A stretch of DNA of 64,000 bases from Eremomyces bilateralis CBS 781.70 (Eukaryota), in assembly GCA_010015585.1 (NCBI GenBank), contig ML975156.1, one strand, 5' to 3'. The notes beneath the pieces were generated by a model. The model did not search any database. It was not told the DNA's origin and saw nothing but the letters and a program-made list of their open reading frames with translations. Shown here piece by piece: positions 25,916-37,898 of this stretch; position 1 is the first letter of the stretch; every line of letters starts with the position of its first letter. The position numbers were made by a program, and so were the translations under genes.

Positions 25916-27379
25916 ATGGGCCGATTTCTGCAAGGGCCAGCGATTATGGTATGTCCAACGAGGTGTCATCGATAGGAACATGCGAACAGTGCAAACGGCT
26001 CGGAATTGTACGGGACTGGCGCTGACTGGCCCATAGGTGGTGGACTGGATAATGTATGGACTGGCATTCATCCTCGTGTCAATACGGCTATGGTTTCGAC
26101 TCCTCTACCAGCGAGTCCGTCTCAGATTATCTGATATTCTCCTCATCATCTCGCTGTTTTTCGCCCTAGGATTAGAGATATGCCTCACGATCACATTCCA
26201 ACGTGGAGGGATGGTGGAAGAAGTCGCCATGATAGGCCCTACGCCAAACAGAAAGGTGGGTGGTTCATCTCGTTCCAACTAATAGATCCTGCTCACGAAG
26301 GATTAGATTTCGTACACGTCGTCATTCCTCTACTATACCTCAGTGTACTGCGCGAAGTTTAGTCTCCTCACCCTCTACTACTTCCTCATCCCGCGGACAT
26401 GGCCTAATCTACGCACCGCACTCATCGTCACCATCGTGTACACAGCCGGATCATATCTTACAACCCTATTCCTATCACTATTTTGGTGTGGGACGAACAT
26501 TTTATCAAATTTCATCCCTTCCCTCACAACGTGCAGCATCTATAATCACACGTATTTCAATACGGTCTGGTCGTTGAACATTACCTCGGATTTCATGGGT
26601 ACGGCAAATCCTTTGGAGCATGCAAGACACTTTCGCTGACTTATGCTGCAAGCTTTTGTACTCCCGTTTCCGATGCTAGTTGAACTCCAGTTGGCGAGGA
26701 GGCAGGTTGTAGCCTTGGCCATAACGTTTGGACTGGGCATCATCACCATGGCGGTGAGCACCGGACGGTTTGTCGCGGTCAAGAACTACTCCATCATGCC
26801 TTTGTGTACGTCCACTCTGATCCGTCCGACTATGCCAGCGCTCGCGGAAATCGGGAGTCGTTTGCTGATCTAAATCGTGCAGTTGTCTGGTCCTCGGCCG
26901 AATGCACGACAGCGATCATGGTCGCCTCGCTCCCGGCATTGAGACCTCTACTCAAACGGGCCACCAAGTCCACCCGTCGAACCACCGATGAACTGGGTGC
27001 GACCGAAATGGCGAACCATCACACCACCAAACGTGCCGTTCAATCCCATGCGAGCGTCCGTAGTACCGATTCGGCATATTCGATGACTCGCCAGCATAAC
27101 CGACACAGTTTCGGCGCGTTAAGCAAAGGATGGGTGCAGATGCGGGACGATCTTTCGAATGGCTCAGACCTAAAATTGGAATCACCACGGACGGCTGCCC
27201 TACCGATGGATTCCCGACGAGGCACGGAAGAATTTGAGTTGTCTGGCCCCTCTGATACGGAGACAACCGAAGGCAGGCATCCTGTTCAAGCCAGAAATGT
27301 CTTCGAAGAACGACACCAGGTTGTCATACACGGGCCAGAAAACACCATCAATCGCAGCAGTTCATGGCGGAGAATCTGA
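25916..27379 (+). CDS. Pth11-like (fungal rhodopsin-domain) multi-pass membrane receptor without CFEM
   Basis: MGRFLQGPAIM|VVDWIMYGLAFILVSIRLWFR..LSDILL; AKFSLLTLYYFL; WSLNITSDFM; LPFPML..LQL; WSSAECTTAIMVASLPALRPLL; low-complexity cytoplasmic tail. Four introns. Confidence 0.85.
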
Positions 27380-28196
27380 TATGTAATTTTCCTGAAGTGA
27401 GGATATTTTCCAGCATTCGATTCTTTATTCCCTTAAGGCGAAAACTGTCCGGGTTCAGGTCTTTATGGTTGGGACTCAAGATAGGAGGTTGGTTGGAGTT
27501 GGGTCGGAGTCAACCTCGGGGACATTATGATCGGTATGATTTGAACTGGCGATGGCTGGCGAACCAATGGATATTCAAAAGCGTAATTCGTCAATAGATA
27601 ATTGACAGAATGCTCAATTTGGACCATGAAGCTAGACAATATCAAATATACCAAATACATATGTAAAATAGCAGCTCTTATTCCGTACGGAAACCCCTCT
27701 AGCCGTCTCGGCCAGTCGGCCTCTCCTAAGTTGCTGAGATAAGCAGCCCAGATGTCACGACTTTCTGTGGGGATCTCACGGAATTTCTCCAATCTCCATT
27801 ATTAATATTCCCGTCCTCATATTTGGTTCTCCCTCCCTCCTCCACCAGCCGCATTCCGTTTAGCCATATCGCCATCGCAGTCCTCCGCTAAACACATCGG
27901 GCCCAAGATGAGCAAAATCCTCCGGCCGCGGCCCGTTTTCGCAGGCCTCAATGCCAGACCCTTGCTATCCACGGTGAATGAAGATTGGGGGTCCACTCTC
28001 CCATGATTGTTCTGGGCGATGAAGATTATTATTAACTATATATTTCTTCTTCGGCCGTTGGCGATCTCTATTGCGATATATTTCTGTGAGCGGAGCTCTA
28101 ACATGATGTGAATGAAGAGCGCTTCGTCGTATTTAATCTATCCTTCCTCCTCATCGCCACGAGATCCTTATCATAGACCCCTCCAACCACTCAGCC

Positions 28197-29513
28197 ATGG
28201 CTTCGCAACCCTCATCCCGCACGCCTCTCTCCTCGATTCTCCCTCCCCTCATCTTCGGAACCGCTACCTTCAACACCCAGTACAATAAGGACCCCTATGC
28301 GCTCGACACGAAAGGCCTCGTCAAGGAAGCCCTTGATCACGGCGTCCGCGCCTTCGATACCTCGCCTTACTACGGTCCCGCGGAGATCCTCCTCGGCGCC
28401 GCGCTCGACGTGCCCGATATCCGCGCGCGATATGCTCGACGTGAATACTTCATCCTGACGAAAGTTGGGAGGATCGCGGCGGAGGAATTCGACTACAGCC
28501 CTGAGTGGGTACGATCGTCGGTGGATCGATCATTGGAGAGGCTGAAGACCGATTACCTAGACGTGGTATATTGCCATGATGTCGAGTTCGTTAGCGAGGA
28601 GGAGGTGCTAGGGGCGGTGAAAGAGTTGCGCCGATTAAGAGATGAGGAGAGGAAGGTCAAATATATCGGGATCTCGGGGTATCCGGTCGATGTCCTTTGC
28701 TCCCTGGCCGCGAGGGTCCTCCGCGAAACGGGAGAACCACTTGATGCGGTCATGTCATATGCGAACTTCACCCTACAAAACACATTGCTCGAAACCCAAG
28801 CCATCCCTCTGTTGAAGCAAGCGGGCGTCGACGTCGTTCCGAACGCCAGCATGCTTGGTATGGGTTTATTGCGACACGACGGCCAGCCGGAAGGCGCCCA
28901 GGGCGACTGGCACCCGTCCCCGCTCGGCCTTCGGCGGGCCGTGCAAGATGCCAGCGACTTCTGCGATCGACACGACGAGCGGATCGAGGTCATTGCGATC
29001 CGATACGCACTCGAGAGCTACGTGACCGTCGGATCGATCGTCGGGTCCAGCGGCGACCCCGCGTCGGGCGTTCCGTGGAAGGAGGAAAGCATCGACGATG
29101 TCGGCGGCGGGAAGTTGGGGGTCTCGGTCATGGGCGTGAGCAATTCAGCGGAGTTGAAGAAGACGATGCAGGTGTGGCGAAGTATCCTGGACGGGCTAGA
29201 AGGCGGCGAAGCGACGGCGATGGCGGCAGGACGATGGCGACGCGATCACGAATGGAGCCTCAATCGCAAGAAAGCCGTGCAGATCTTGGCGGACGGCGTA
29301 AAGGAGGTGATGGATAAGTGGCTCGACTTCACGTGGGAGAGTCCACATAGGGATTACGTGAATGTCCGGGGGAAAACGACTGAGCAGGTATACGAGGCGA
29401 AGGAGAAGTTGAGAGCGTCGGCGTTGAAACAGGTCACGGTAGCGGCCATGTGGCCGACTCCAGCAGCGAGCCCCGAACCAGTGTCGGAGGATCGAAGGTT
29501 TCCCTTCCGATGA
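28197..29513 (+). CDS. ARA2: Aldo/keto reductase, Ara2 / L-galactose dehydrogenase-like
   Basis: PPLIFGTATFN; AKR tetrad in FDTSPYYG (D, Y), LTKVGR (K) and YCHDVEF (H); YIGISGYP; NASMLGMGLL. Single exon. Confidence 0.85.
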   Translation: MASQPSSRTPLSSILPPLIFGTATFNTQYNKDPYALDTKGLVKEALDHGVRAFDTSPYYGPAEILLGAALDVPDIRARYARREYFILTKVGRIAAEEFDYSPEWVRSSVDRSLERLKTDYLDVVYCHDVEFVSEEEVLGAVKELRRLRDEERKVKYIGISGYPVDVLCSLAARVLRETGEPLDAVMSYANFTLQNTLLETQAIPLLKQAGVDVVPNASMLGMGLLRHDGQPEGAQGDWHPSPLGLRRAVQDASDFCDRHDERIEVIAIRYALESYVTVGSIVGSSGDPASGVPWKEESIDDVGGGKLGVSVMGVSNSAELKKTMQVWRSILDGLEGGEATAMAAGRWRRDHEWSLNRKKAVQILADGVKEVMDKWLDFTWESPHRDYVNVRGKTTEQVYEAKEKLRASALKQVTVAAMWPTPAASPEPVSEDRRFPFR

Positions 29514-29777
29514 TGGCGAATGTCGACGGTTTCATGATTTATAATGCGTTAATACAGAGGAATGGGACCTCATGAATGTCACGACGTAGCACACCGAAGG
29601 ATGCCTTGGGCATGTGCTAAAGAGCGAGGATTCGAAACCCTGTCGGATCCTTTTCAGTTTGCGTACCTCGACTTTGTTTTCTTCCCCTTTTCCAAATTCC
29701 AATGCGTTCTACACGCCATAAATACCTAAGCATATCCCGCGCCATGGAGTGGTTTATATCTCCCCTAGGACATCACC

Positions 29778-30832
29778 ATGTCCTTCCCAATCTCCATCCC
29801 CTGGATTCCCCTCCTCCACCCACTCGTGCAATGCTCCCCATCCCAACCCGCCATCACCGCCGCCCTGCCCAACCAAAGCCCAGGAACAAATAAACCTCGC
29901 TTCTGGGGGTACACCAGCAGGTCCGACTCGTGTGCATCCTCCTTCTACGGCCGTTGATCTATGCTTATACCAACCTCTTTTCAGGGTTACCCCTCTTCTG
30001 CCGAACCGACTCCACCTACGGCACCTTCGGCACTATCGTCGACTGCTGCCCCACCTCCGCCGCCTCCTGCCACCCCGCGACGCGATGCTTGTCTGGAAAC
30101 ATCGTCCAGCACCCGATCGGCCGCGCGGAGACATATTGGTTTGCCTTCCCTTTCTCCCTCCCCGCCCACTCTCCCCGCCTCATCTACCATTGATACTGAA
30201 CCCCCTTCCATAGCTTCGACGCCTGAAACCCCGTCCTCATCCTCTCCACCGCCAACGACCCCGCCCCACACACCCAGTTCAGTTGCGCCCCCCCCCTCCA
30301 TGACCCTTCTCCGCGCTATCGACGCCGCCGCCACCGCTAAGTCCCAATCGCCTCCCGCCAAAACTAGTCGCGAAGTGGGCGCAAGCCTCGTCGGCGTTAT
30401 CTTCGGTTTTGTCGTTGCTGGCTTGATCGTCCTCATCCTCCCCGTGGTGGGGATCGTTTGGTTCTACCGCAGACGGAAGGTGCGGATGAACGCTTGGACG
30501 GAGCTGAGCGATGTGGCGCCAAACCGGGAGGGGGGGGAGGGGCCGGTGGACTCGAAGGGGGGGTTGGTGGAGTTCTCCGCGGAAGGGGGCGGAAAGGGGG
30601 GGTGATGGAGCTGTCGGCTGGAGGTAGACGGACTCGGGATGTGGTAGAGCTGCCGAGAGGGGGGCAGGCGGTGGAGTCGTCGGCGGGAGGGGGGAAGGGG
30701 AGGGGGGAAGGGCGGGGCGGTGAAGTTGCCGCAGCGGAGCTCGAGGGGGTATCACGAGTTGCCGGCGTAGATATGATAGGCATGTATAGATGGCATTGGG
30801 TTTGTGTTCGGCGGTATGGCGCTCGGGATTAG
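29778..30832 (+). pseudogene. Disrupted Cys-rich type I membrane protein (signal-like N-terminus, CC-containing ectodomain, TM helix, repeated ELx tail motifs)
   Basis: Spliced reading MSFPISIPWIPLL..RFWGY..W|LPLFC..DCCPTSAASCHPATRCLSG..YC|FDA*NPVLIL. In-frame TGA at 30224-26; frameshifts in C9 (30288-96) and G7 (30596-602). TM segment LVGVIFGFVVAGLIVLILPVVGIVWFYRRRK; tail VEFS/VMELS/VVELP/AELEG. Confidence 0.55.
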
Positions 30833-31337
30833 TGTTGGACGTTATACGGGACAAAGGGGGGCGCTCTGGCTGCCGGTCGTCGGACTGTTGAGGCTGTTAG
30901 TGCGCAATGCAAGGTCGACATCCGCTGCTATGGGATCAAACCAGGGGACCCGACAGGAGTCATGAATGATCTGAATAGGGATGCATCATAGTAGACTTGG
31001 CCACTAATCTAGCTCAGCAAAGAACGTTATAACCATGAATTTTTCGCTATTAAACACACATAACGAATCTATCTACAGCGATTTGACGCTGTCACATAAT
31101 TTTTTCAGTGAAAACACATACCCGTCCCCGGATTTTGATGATACCGATAGCAGAATGTAGTTTTCATCGCATGACCATGGCTCGTCATCATGTCGCATAG
31201 CGCCCAAGCCGCGATGCAAATCAACCCGTGTAAACAAAGAGGAAAAAAAGGACAGAGGGATTCCAACAGATCTCGCTCGTCATACCGGTCGTGACACGCG
31301 CTTAAAGCACCCATACATCGGAAACATCAACACACAT

Positions 31338-33488
31338 TCACTCCCGCCTCGTCAAGATAAACCCTCCGTCTCGCACTTCCACCCGCTCGCTCAACCGCAC
31401 CGTATCGCTGGGCGACCCTTTCCCTCCCTGTCCGTTCTTCTTCTGTCCACCCTTCCCACTCCCACCCCCGATGCCGTTCCCAGATTCTCGATCCACCACC
31501 CCCACCAACCCCATCGCCACCACCCTCCTCTTCTCCCTTTCTGCAACCACTACCTCCGCCAAACCCCGCGCCCGCTCACTCCCCACCCGCTTCGCGAACG
31601 CCGGCGCCTCGAACACCTGTCTCAGCGTGCGGAACGGGATCGTCAGCAGCACGGAGGAGAACAGCGCGGTCGGCGAGGGTGCGGGGACGATCCCGTCGGG
31701 GGAAACGGAGACCTGCCCGAATTGGATTCCGGGGCGGACGCTGCGGCTGCGCGAGCGGGCATGGTGGAGATGATGGTAGGGGAAGCGTTCCATGTTGCCG
31801 GTCAGTTCGGGGGCATGGGCGTCGAACGTCAGGTCTGCGGGGAGATGTGCGATGAGGTAGTCGTTGATGGCGAGGAGGAAGTCCTTGTTGTACATGCCGT
31901 AGGCGAAGCCGCCGTGGCCGGAACCTTGGGTCGGATCCTTGCGCGCGTAGGCAAAGTCGAAGGCCATCGCGAGGGTGTCGGGACCAATCAGGGAGCGCGC
32001 GTAGTGCAGGCCGTGGTGGCAGAGGGATGGGAGCTGGAGGATGTAGCCGGCGGCGAAGTAAGCGAGGCAGCGGGAGAAGACCTCGGGGGTGTCGGTGTGC
32101 TCGAGGAGGTTGCCGTAGGGGTCCCAGGTGCGGGAGAGGTCGTCGAGGGTGAGGGGCCGGGCGCCGTAGACGTAGCGGAGAGCGTCGGTGAAGGCGTGGG
32201 GGGTGACGAAGGGGTCGTGGAGGGTGGCATGGAGGGCCTTCATGCGCTCGTAGGGGTTGAAGGATTGGGAGGGGGAGAGGAGAAGGCGGGATAGGGTGGG
32301 GCTTTGGGAGATGATGATGGAGTGGACGGGGAAGGTCATGAAGAGGCGGTCGAGGCGGGAATCGTGGAGGATAAGGATATAGTCGGCGAGCACATCGGTG
32401 CCAAACATGTTGAGGATGCTGGTACGCATGAGGGACATATGTTCCATATCCGAATATTCGCCAGGTCCGGCCACCAGTTGGTTCAGAGCCGGGTCGGGGT
32501 ACGCAATGGCATCCTTGGAGGAGCCATTCGACCATCGGTGCTTGTCCTGGTCCTGATACAGAAGAGAAAGATCGGTGTAGTTTTCCGCGGGCGATGGCTG
32601 CATCGGAGGCACAGCAAACCCTCCATCCTGCGGGGACATCGTCCGTGTTCCATTGCGAGAGTGTGCGGGGCTCGCTACCGCCCCTCCGCCCCTGGGAGCG
32701 CCAGCGAAGGCATCTTGTTCGGTCGGAGAGTTGAGGGCGTTATTTGGTATAAACGGGACAGACGTCGGAGTCAAGACGGTCCCGTTAGGCGTTGCCGAGG
32801 GTATCGCACTGACTGGGTGTGCGTGAGCTGATGACGGGACAAACGCTGGAGCGAAGACATGGTTGTTCGTGAATCGAGGCGGTGGAAGCGATGATGGATC
32901 GAGAGGAGACTCGGGGCGGCCTCCAAAGACCAGTGGACCTCCTGGTTGGAATCGTCGAAGCGGAAGATCGTGTTGCATCGGAGCTTGGTGTGGGGGTTGG
33001 ATTTCTGGTGGAGGCAACACTGAGGTTCCGTTCGAGAGACCATGGTTCCCGTTCACGGCGCCAGGAGCCTCGATGTCACCATTTGTCACCGGTATGCCGG
33101 AATGAGGCATCGCCTGTTGGTCCTGAGTGGTAGTAGAGATATCTCGGGCGGCTGGCGAACTGGTCTGGCGGGAAGCGATACCGGAGTCACGCCTCTCTGG
33201 GCTATGAGAGGGCGACGATTCTAGTTGAGGAGCAAGAGCCTCCTCTTTTACCGCAGAAGCATCACTCTCACCCTGAGCCTCAGTTGGCGGATCTTTGCGT
33301 TGTTTTGTAACCTCCCCAACCTCTGCTCGCTTGTCATCGGCTCGTGGCCCCTCGGAGGTGGGGAGCTCCGCACTGCTCGCGGTGGACAAACCAGAGATGG
33401 AATTCCTGGTTGTATGCGGACGTTTTTCGAATACCAGAGGGATAGCCGGGACAATACGGCTGGTAGGCCGCGTCTTATTTACCGCCAT
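31338..33488 (-). CDS. Hypothetical protein: disordered Pro/Ser-rich N-half and BTB/POZ-like C-terminal domain
   Basis: 716-aa single ORF; IVPAIPL N-terminal motif; ADYILIL..FPVHSIIISQSPTL..AFTDALRYVYG resembles a BTB fold. Confidence 0.7.
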   Translation of the reverse strand: MAVNKTRPTSRIVPAIPLVFEKRPHTTRNSISGLSTASSAELPTSEGPRADDKRAEVGEVTKQRKDPPTEAQGESDASAVKEEALAPQLESSPSHSPERRDSGIASRQTSSPAARDISTTTQDQQAMPHSGIPVTNGDIEAPGAVNGNHGLSNGTSVLPPPEIQPPHQAPMQHDLPLRRFQPGGPLVFGGRPESPLDPSSLPPPRFTNNHVFAPAFVPSSAHAHPVSAIPSATPNGTVLTPTSVPFIPNNALNSPTEQDAFAGAPRGGGAVASPAHSRNGTRTMSPQDGGFAVPPMQPSPAENYTDLSLLYQDQDKHRWSNGSSKDAIAYPDPALNQLVAGPGEYSDMEHMSLMRTSILNMFGTDVLADYILILHDSRLDRLFMTFPVHSIIISQSPTLSRLLLSPSQSFNPYERMKALHATLHDPFVTPHAFTDALRYVYGARPLTLDDLSRTWDPYGNLLEHTDTPEVFSRCLAYFAAGYILQLPSLCHHGLHYARSLIGPDTLAMAFDFAYARKDPTQGSGHGGFAYGMYNKDFLLAINDYLIAHLPADLTFDAHAPELTGNMERFPYHHLHHARSRSRSVRPGIQFGQVSVSPDGIVPAPSPTALFSSVLLTIPFRTLRQVFEAPAFAKRVGSERARGLAEVVVAEREKRRVVAMGLVGVVDRESGNGIGGGSGKGGQKKNGQGGKGSPSDTVRLSERVEVRDGGFILTRRE

Positions 33489-34163
33489 CGTCGGGGAAGC
33501 GTAGAGGAATGATTGTAGGGAGGACGGGAAAGGTTATGACTCCTCCGCACAACGGAAGATCGACAGCGGGGAAAAGATGGAAGGAATTCCTGAGAAAAAC
33601 AAGTGCGGCTCCAAGATAATGTGCACGGGGTAAGTCCAGAGCAATTATCTTGGAGCGCAAGAAATAATTGCAGGAGACGAGAGGGACTCGTTACCGGAAA
33701 GGGAAGAGAGAGTGTTGACGAAGTGAAAGCGAGAAGAAATGGTCGTTGGGAGAACCGGAGAATCGATGGAAACATGACGAAACTGAAAGTAGTAAGGCGC
33801 TAAGGCTGTAAATTAGTGGATGCCTGATTCTCCCCGCAGCCGTAGCCGCAAACTGCAGTCGGAGCTTCAACGTCTCTCTGGCCTCTGGTCACTGTGGTTC
33901 TCACTCCCGGGAACATCAATATTCAGTACAGTACATCTGATATCCCTACACCACTGAACAAAGGCATTGACTCCTATACTTATATCACGGGGATTAATTT
34001 GTCAATATATCCCTTTTGTTCCCGCCATTCCATCCCGTGAATTGATCTACAAACATCTATCACACCGCCCGTCCCCCTCCTTGCTTGCATCATCAACGAC
34101 CTGGTTGGCTGGCATCTAGAATCCTCCGAGACATCGTCAAACCCAGTCATTGACTCTTTAGAG

Positions 34164-35146
34164 ATGGCGGAGGAAGGGCCTGCTGCGGCGGGCATAGATG
34201 GTTTACGAGAGTTGGAGCCCTCTCCAGTCGAGTCGCCGTCCAAGGAGAAGAAAGACGCTCCGTTGGTCGAGACAAGGCAAACACCAGCACACTTGCATCC
34301 AAGTAGATTAGGTCTAAACGGCAACCACGGCCCATCATATTACCGTATGTCATATCTAATATCCTCAACCCTTCCCTCCCAACTAACCTCCCAGTCTCCC
34401 GCCTCCAACGCTACTCCTCCTACACCTTCACCGTTTTCGCTGCCCTCCACTTCACCAACACCGCCCTCATCCCCCTCGCAGCCTCCTCCCTCTCCTCCGC
34501 AGACTCCTACCTCCTGCTCACCCGCCCCTACTATCAATCCCCCCTCGCCGAACCCCTCCTCGTCGCCCTCCCCCTCGCCACCCACATCGCCGCCGGCCTC
34601 GCCCTCCGCCTCGTCCGTCGCGCCCAGAACCTCCGCCGCTATGGTGCCGCGCGCTCCGACGATGCGGGCTGGTGCGCACGCCTCGCGCAGGGGTGGCCGC
34701 CGCTGAACGGAATCAGCATTCTAGGGTATGCGCTCGTGCCGATGGTGGCGGGGCATGCGTTCTTGAATCGGGGGTTGCCGTGGATCCATGACGGCGGGAG
34801 CTCGAATGTGGGTTTGGAGTACGTGGCGCATGGGTTCGCGAAGCATCCGGTGGTGAGCTTTGTGGGGTTTGCGGGGTTGGTGGGAGTGGCGGCGTGGCAT
34901 TTTACGTGGGGGTGGGCGAGGTGGTTGGGGTGGTCGCCGAGTGGTGTGGCGCCGGGTGTAGTGGAGTACCGGGCGCGGAGGAAGAGGAGGTGGTATTTGG
35001 TAAATGCAGTGAGTGTGGTGGTTGCGGGGGTGTGGATGGCGGGGGGGTTGGGAGTCGTTGGTAGGGGAGGGGCGGCGACCGGGTGGGTGGGGAGGCAGTT
35101 TGATGATCTGTATTCGAAGGTTCCGATCGTGGGGAAGTGGCTTTGA
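34164..35146 (+). CDS. MCP1: Mitochondrial outer-membrane adapter Mcp1 (DUF1691) homolog
   Basis: LRELEPSPV..SRLGL..YY|LSRLQRYSSYTFTVFAALHFTNT..YLLLTRPYYQSPLAEP; GLEYVAHGFAKHP; WHFTWGWARW. Intron at ~34345-34394. Confidence 0.8.
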
Positions 35147-35239
35147 GCCATTCTAGATTTCATTGCTGTTGGCCGGATGTGAAGCTCCTTTCGGAGCGGC
35201 TTGGAGATACCCTGCATAGAACACCAGCATAGCGTCCGT

Positions 35240-36538
35240 TCACCGACGACCGAGATCAATGTCGAGCACATGTCTTGAGTTCCGTCCGTCGTCCACGCTC
35301 TTCTCGATCCCGAAGAACGGCTTGACGGCGAGATCGATCGTGTCGTCGAAGAACCCCTGAACCACTCCCATCAAGTCATCCCCCGTCTGTCGGAAATCCG
35401 GAAACGCGTTGATCTCCAGTAACCACGGGTTCGCCTCGCCGTCCAACATAAAGTCCAATCCAAACACCTCAAACGCATTCGGTAGTGTCTGAAAATGTAT
35501 CGACATGCCTCTCGCCGCCGCCTCAAACGTCTCGGCGGTGAGTTCGCAGATCTGCTCGAACACCTTCTCCTTCCATTCCCCTGGCTCTCCCGTGCCCGTC
35601 GCATTGGGCAAAACCTCGTCCAGATCCCAGAACCGCCGCACGCTTCCCTCATGCACACTCGAATCTTGTAGACACGTGTTGGTCAGATGTCCTCGCAGAT
35701 CAGTGGAATCCCACGGCGCTCGGTATTCCTCCGCAGCGAAGAGCGCCAGCATGTCGCGGTAGACGTACACGTTCAGCCCGCCCACCGCGAGGACGTAGGT
35801 GCGAATATGGAACTTTCGGTTCCCTTCGGAGGCGAAGAGGAGGGCCGGGTGGATGTATGGTTGCGCGATGAAATGCCGCAGCTGCGACGTGATGATGCCG
35901 TCGCCATATGCGAGTGCCTTCTCCCCATCGCCGTCCTGACTGCGGATATCCTCCTCCTCTTCGTCCGTCAACGGCTCCTCCTCTTCCCACTCCTCGAAAA
36001 TCTCCTGCAGCTCTTCCATCGAACTAAACAGCCGGATCCCCTGCCCCCGATCGCTCATCCCCGGCTTCAAGATCCACCACTCCCTCTCCTCTCTCGGAGC
36101 GGTCTCATTTTTGGCGAAACTCTCGTGCAGCTCATACGCTTCGACCAGCGCATCATCCAGAAACTCTGCAAAGTCCACCTCGAAGTCCACCCCCGCCTTG
36201 AAATGCCGCGCGAGCACGCTGTCCGGATGCTTGACCCGCCAGTTCTCCACCGTGCGCAGGAGGTAGTGTTTCCGGATCAGCGCCTTGCGGATGACATACG
36301 CGTTGATCAGCACGTTTTTCGGATGCTGCAGCGCATGTTCGAACTCGATCGATTCATATTGTCGGACTTCTAGGATCCGTGGCGAATTTCCGGGCTCTTG
36401 AGAATTTTCCTCGGTCGCTGACGCTGGAAAAATGCGGCGGAACGAGTCCGATGGGAGCCTTCGTTCGAGCGACGAGAGGACCAACGGCTCGATGTAGTCG
36501 TCTTCCAGGTTGACGAGCGTATGGATTGGGGAGGCCAT
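35240..36538 (-). CDS. Tubulin-tyrosine ligase family ATP-grasp protein (Pby1-like)
   Basis: NAYVIRKALIRKHYL, WILKPGMSDRGQGIRLF, RKFHIRTYV, HLTNTCLQ, FEVFGLDFM, WLLEINAFPDF. Likely ATG at 36538. Confidence 0.92.
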   Translation of the reverse strand: MASPIHTLVNLEDDYIEPLVLSSLERRLPSDSFRRIFPASATEENSQEPGNSPRILEVRQYESIEFEHALQHPKNVLINAYVIRKALIRKHYLLRTVENWRVKHPDSVLARHFKAGVDFEVDFAEFLDDALVEAYELHESFAKNETAPREEREWWILKPGMSDRGQGIRLFSSMEELQEIFEEWEEEEPLTDEEEEDIRSQDGDGEKALAYGDGIITSQLRHFIAQPYIHPALLFASEGNRKFHIRTYVLAVGGLNVYVYRDMLALFAAEEYRAPWDSTDLRGHLTNTCLQDSSVHEGSVRRFWDLDEVLPNATGTGEPGEWKEKVFEQICELTAETFEAAARGMSIHFQTLPNAFEVFGLDFMLDGEANPWLLEINAFPDFRQTGDDLMGVVQGFFDDTIDLAVKPFFGIEKSVDDGRNSRHVLDIDLGRR

Positions 36539-37898
36539 TTTCGGGTCGATGACCGTGAATTTCGTAATTGTTCGTCCAAAGGTGGTTGTTGCTGGGGAGT
36601 CGTACCGCCACCCGCTGTCCGGTTTATTTACATAATTCGTATCAGGGTCCAACTTTATCCCAACATCGCCACCAGCTTTCCTTCTATCACGTCTACTGAT
36701 TTATGCTTTGGTCTCGACTACCATTGTACCACATGGTATTACTGTCAGAGTTTCCCTGCGTGGGACTGCGGCAAAACGAATAGAGAGGCTTACACACATT
36801 GAGTTGGAGCCCTCAGAATTGAAGTCATTCCGCTTGCCACGTTTTCATTTTCCCTTAATTATGCCGAATGCGCATACTATGTACCTACCAATTGTACTCC
36901 AGACCCGGATGGATTGACCGCTATCAGCTTTCGGGAGCCTTACCGACAGCCTTCACATGAAGGTTGTATGATTCTCTTCTGAAAGATCATGGAGAGTTAG
37001 AAGTAAAGGGTTTGTGCAATCGCCTATGAATCCTACGAATCCTACAACAAATCCTGTCCCAGGAACGCGATCTGGGGGGCATAGCTACGCTCCCTATTTA
37101 CAAATGTCGCTAATTCCGTGACTTAAAACCATTCCACGGCCTTAATGCTTTCCTTAATCAAAGTCGAATTTATATATTTCCCCCTTCTGTTCCTGTTTCT
37201 CGCGTTGCGCCATTATTCAAGAGCTTGGAGGTGTTTGCCATGTCGATACGAATGCATGAGGGGTGTGCTCTTTGGCGAACTTGACAGGATAACGGCATTT
37301 GATACTTCCAGAGACGCAATCACGCAACTAGGTATTAGCGTTGTAGGAAACTGTGCTCCAATATTTGCTGGAATCCTGGTCTTTATTTTCAATTTTCTTC
37401 AACATTCAGCTCCCTCTAAATTTAATGAAACGAGAGATCGTCAGGTTTAGTTCCTTCGCGCAATCCTTTCTCCCTGTGCCCTGGAGTGGTAGGCCCTAGG
37501 TCTGCGATCTGCAGCTGGACCAGGCACCGCCCTAGGCAACGGATGAGAGACCCCCTGGTTTTCGGATCATCCGAGAACTGGACATTGAGAATTTGGGACT
37601 TGGGATTTGAGAGTGAACAGAACCGCGATCTCCACATCATTTGCACCTGGTGAGGTCCGTGAGGGTCTTCGTCTAGTTTATTCCCGAACGTCCCTCTTCC
37701 TCATCGCGTCTTTTCTTTCCTGCTCTTCTTTCCTGCTTCCTTGGCCGTTCATTGTCCGCAGGAACGTATCACTCCTTTTTACAGTGCACGGCATCTTTGT
37801 GCCTCCACCGTTATATATACCATAAAGTTTCTTCGAACCTCACGCCCTGCAACAGTCCAATTCCTGCTCAATCGCTCCTTAATTACGCCAATGCTATC

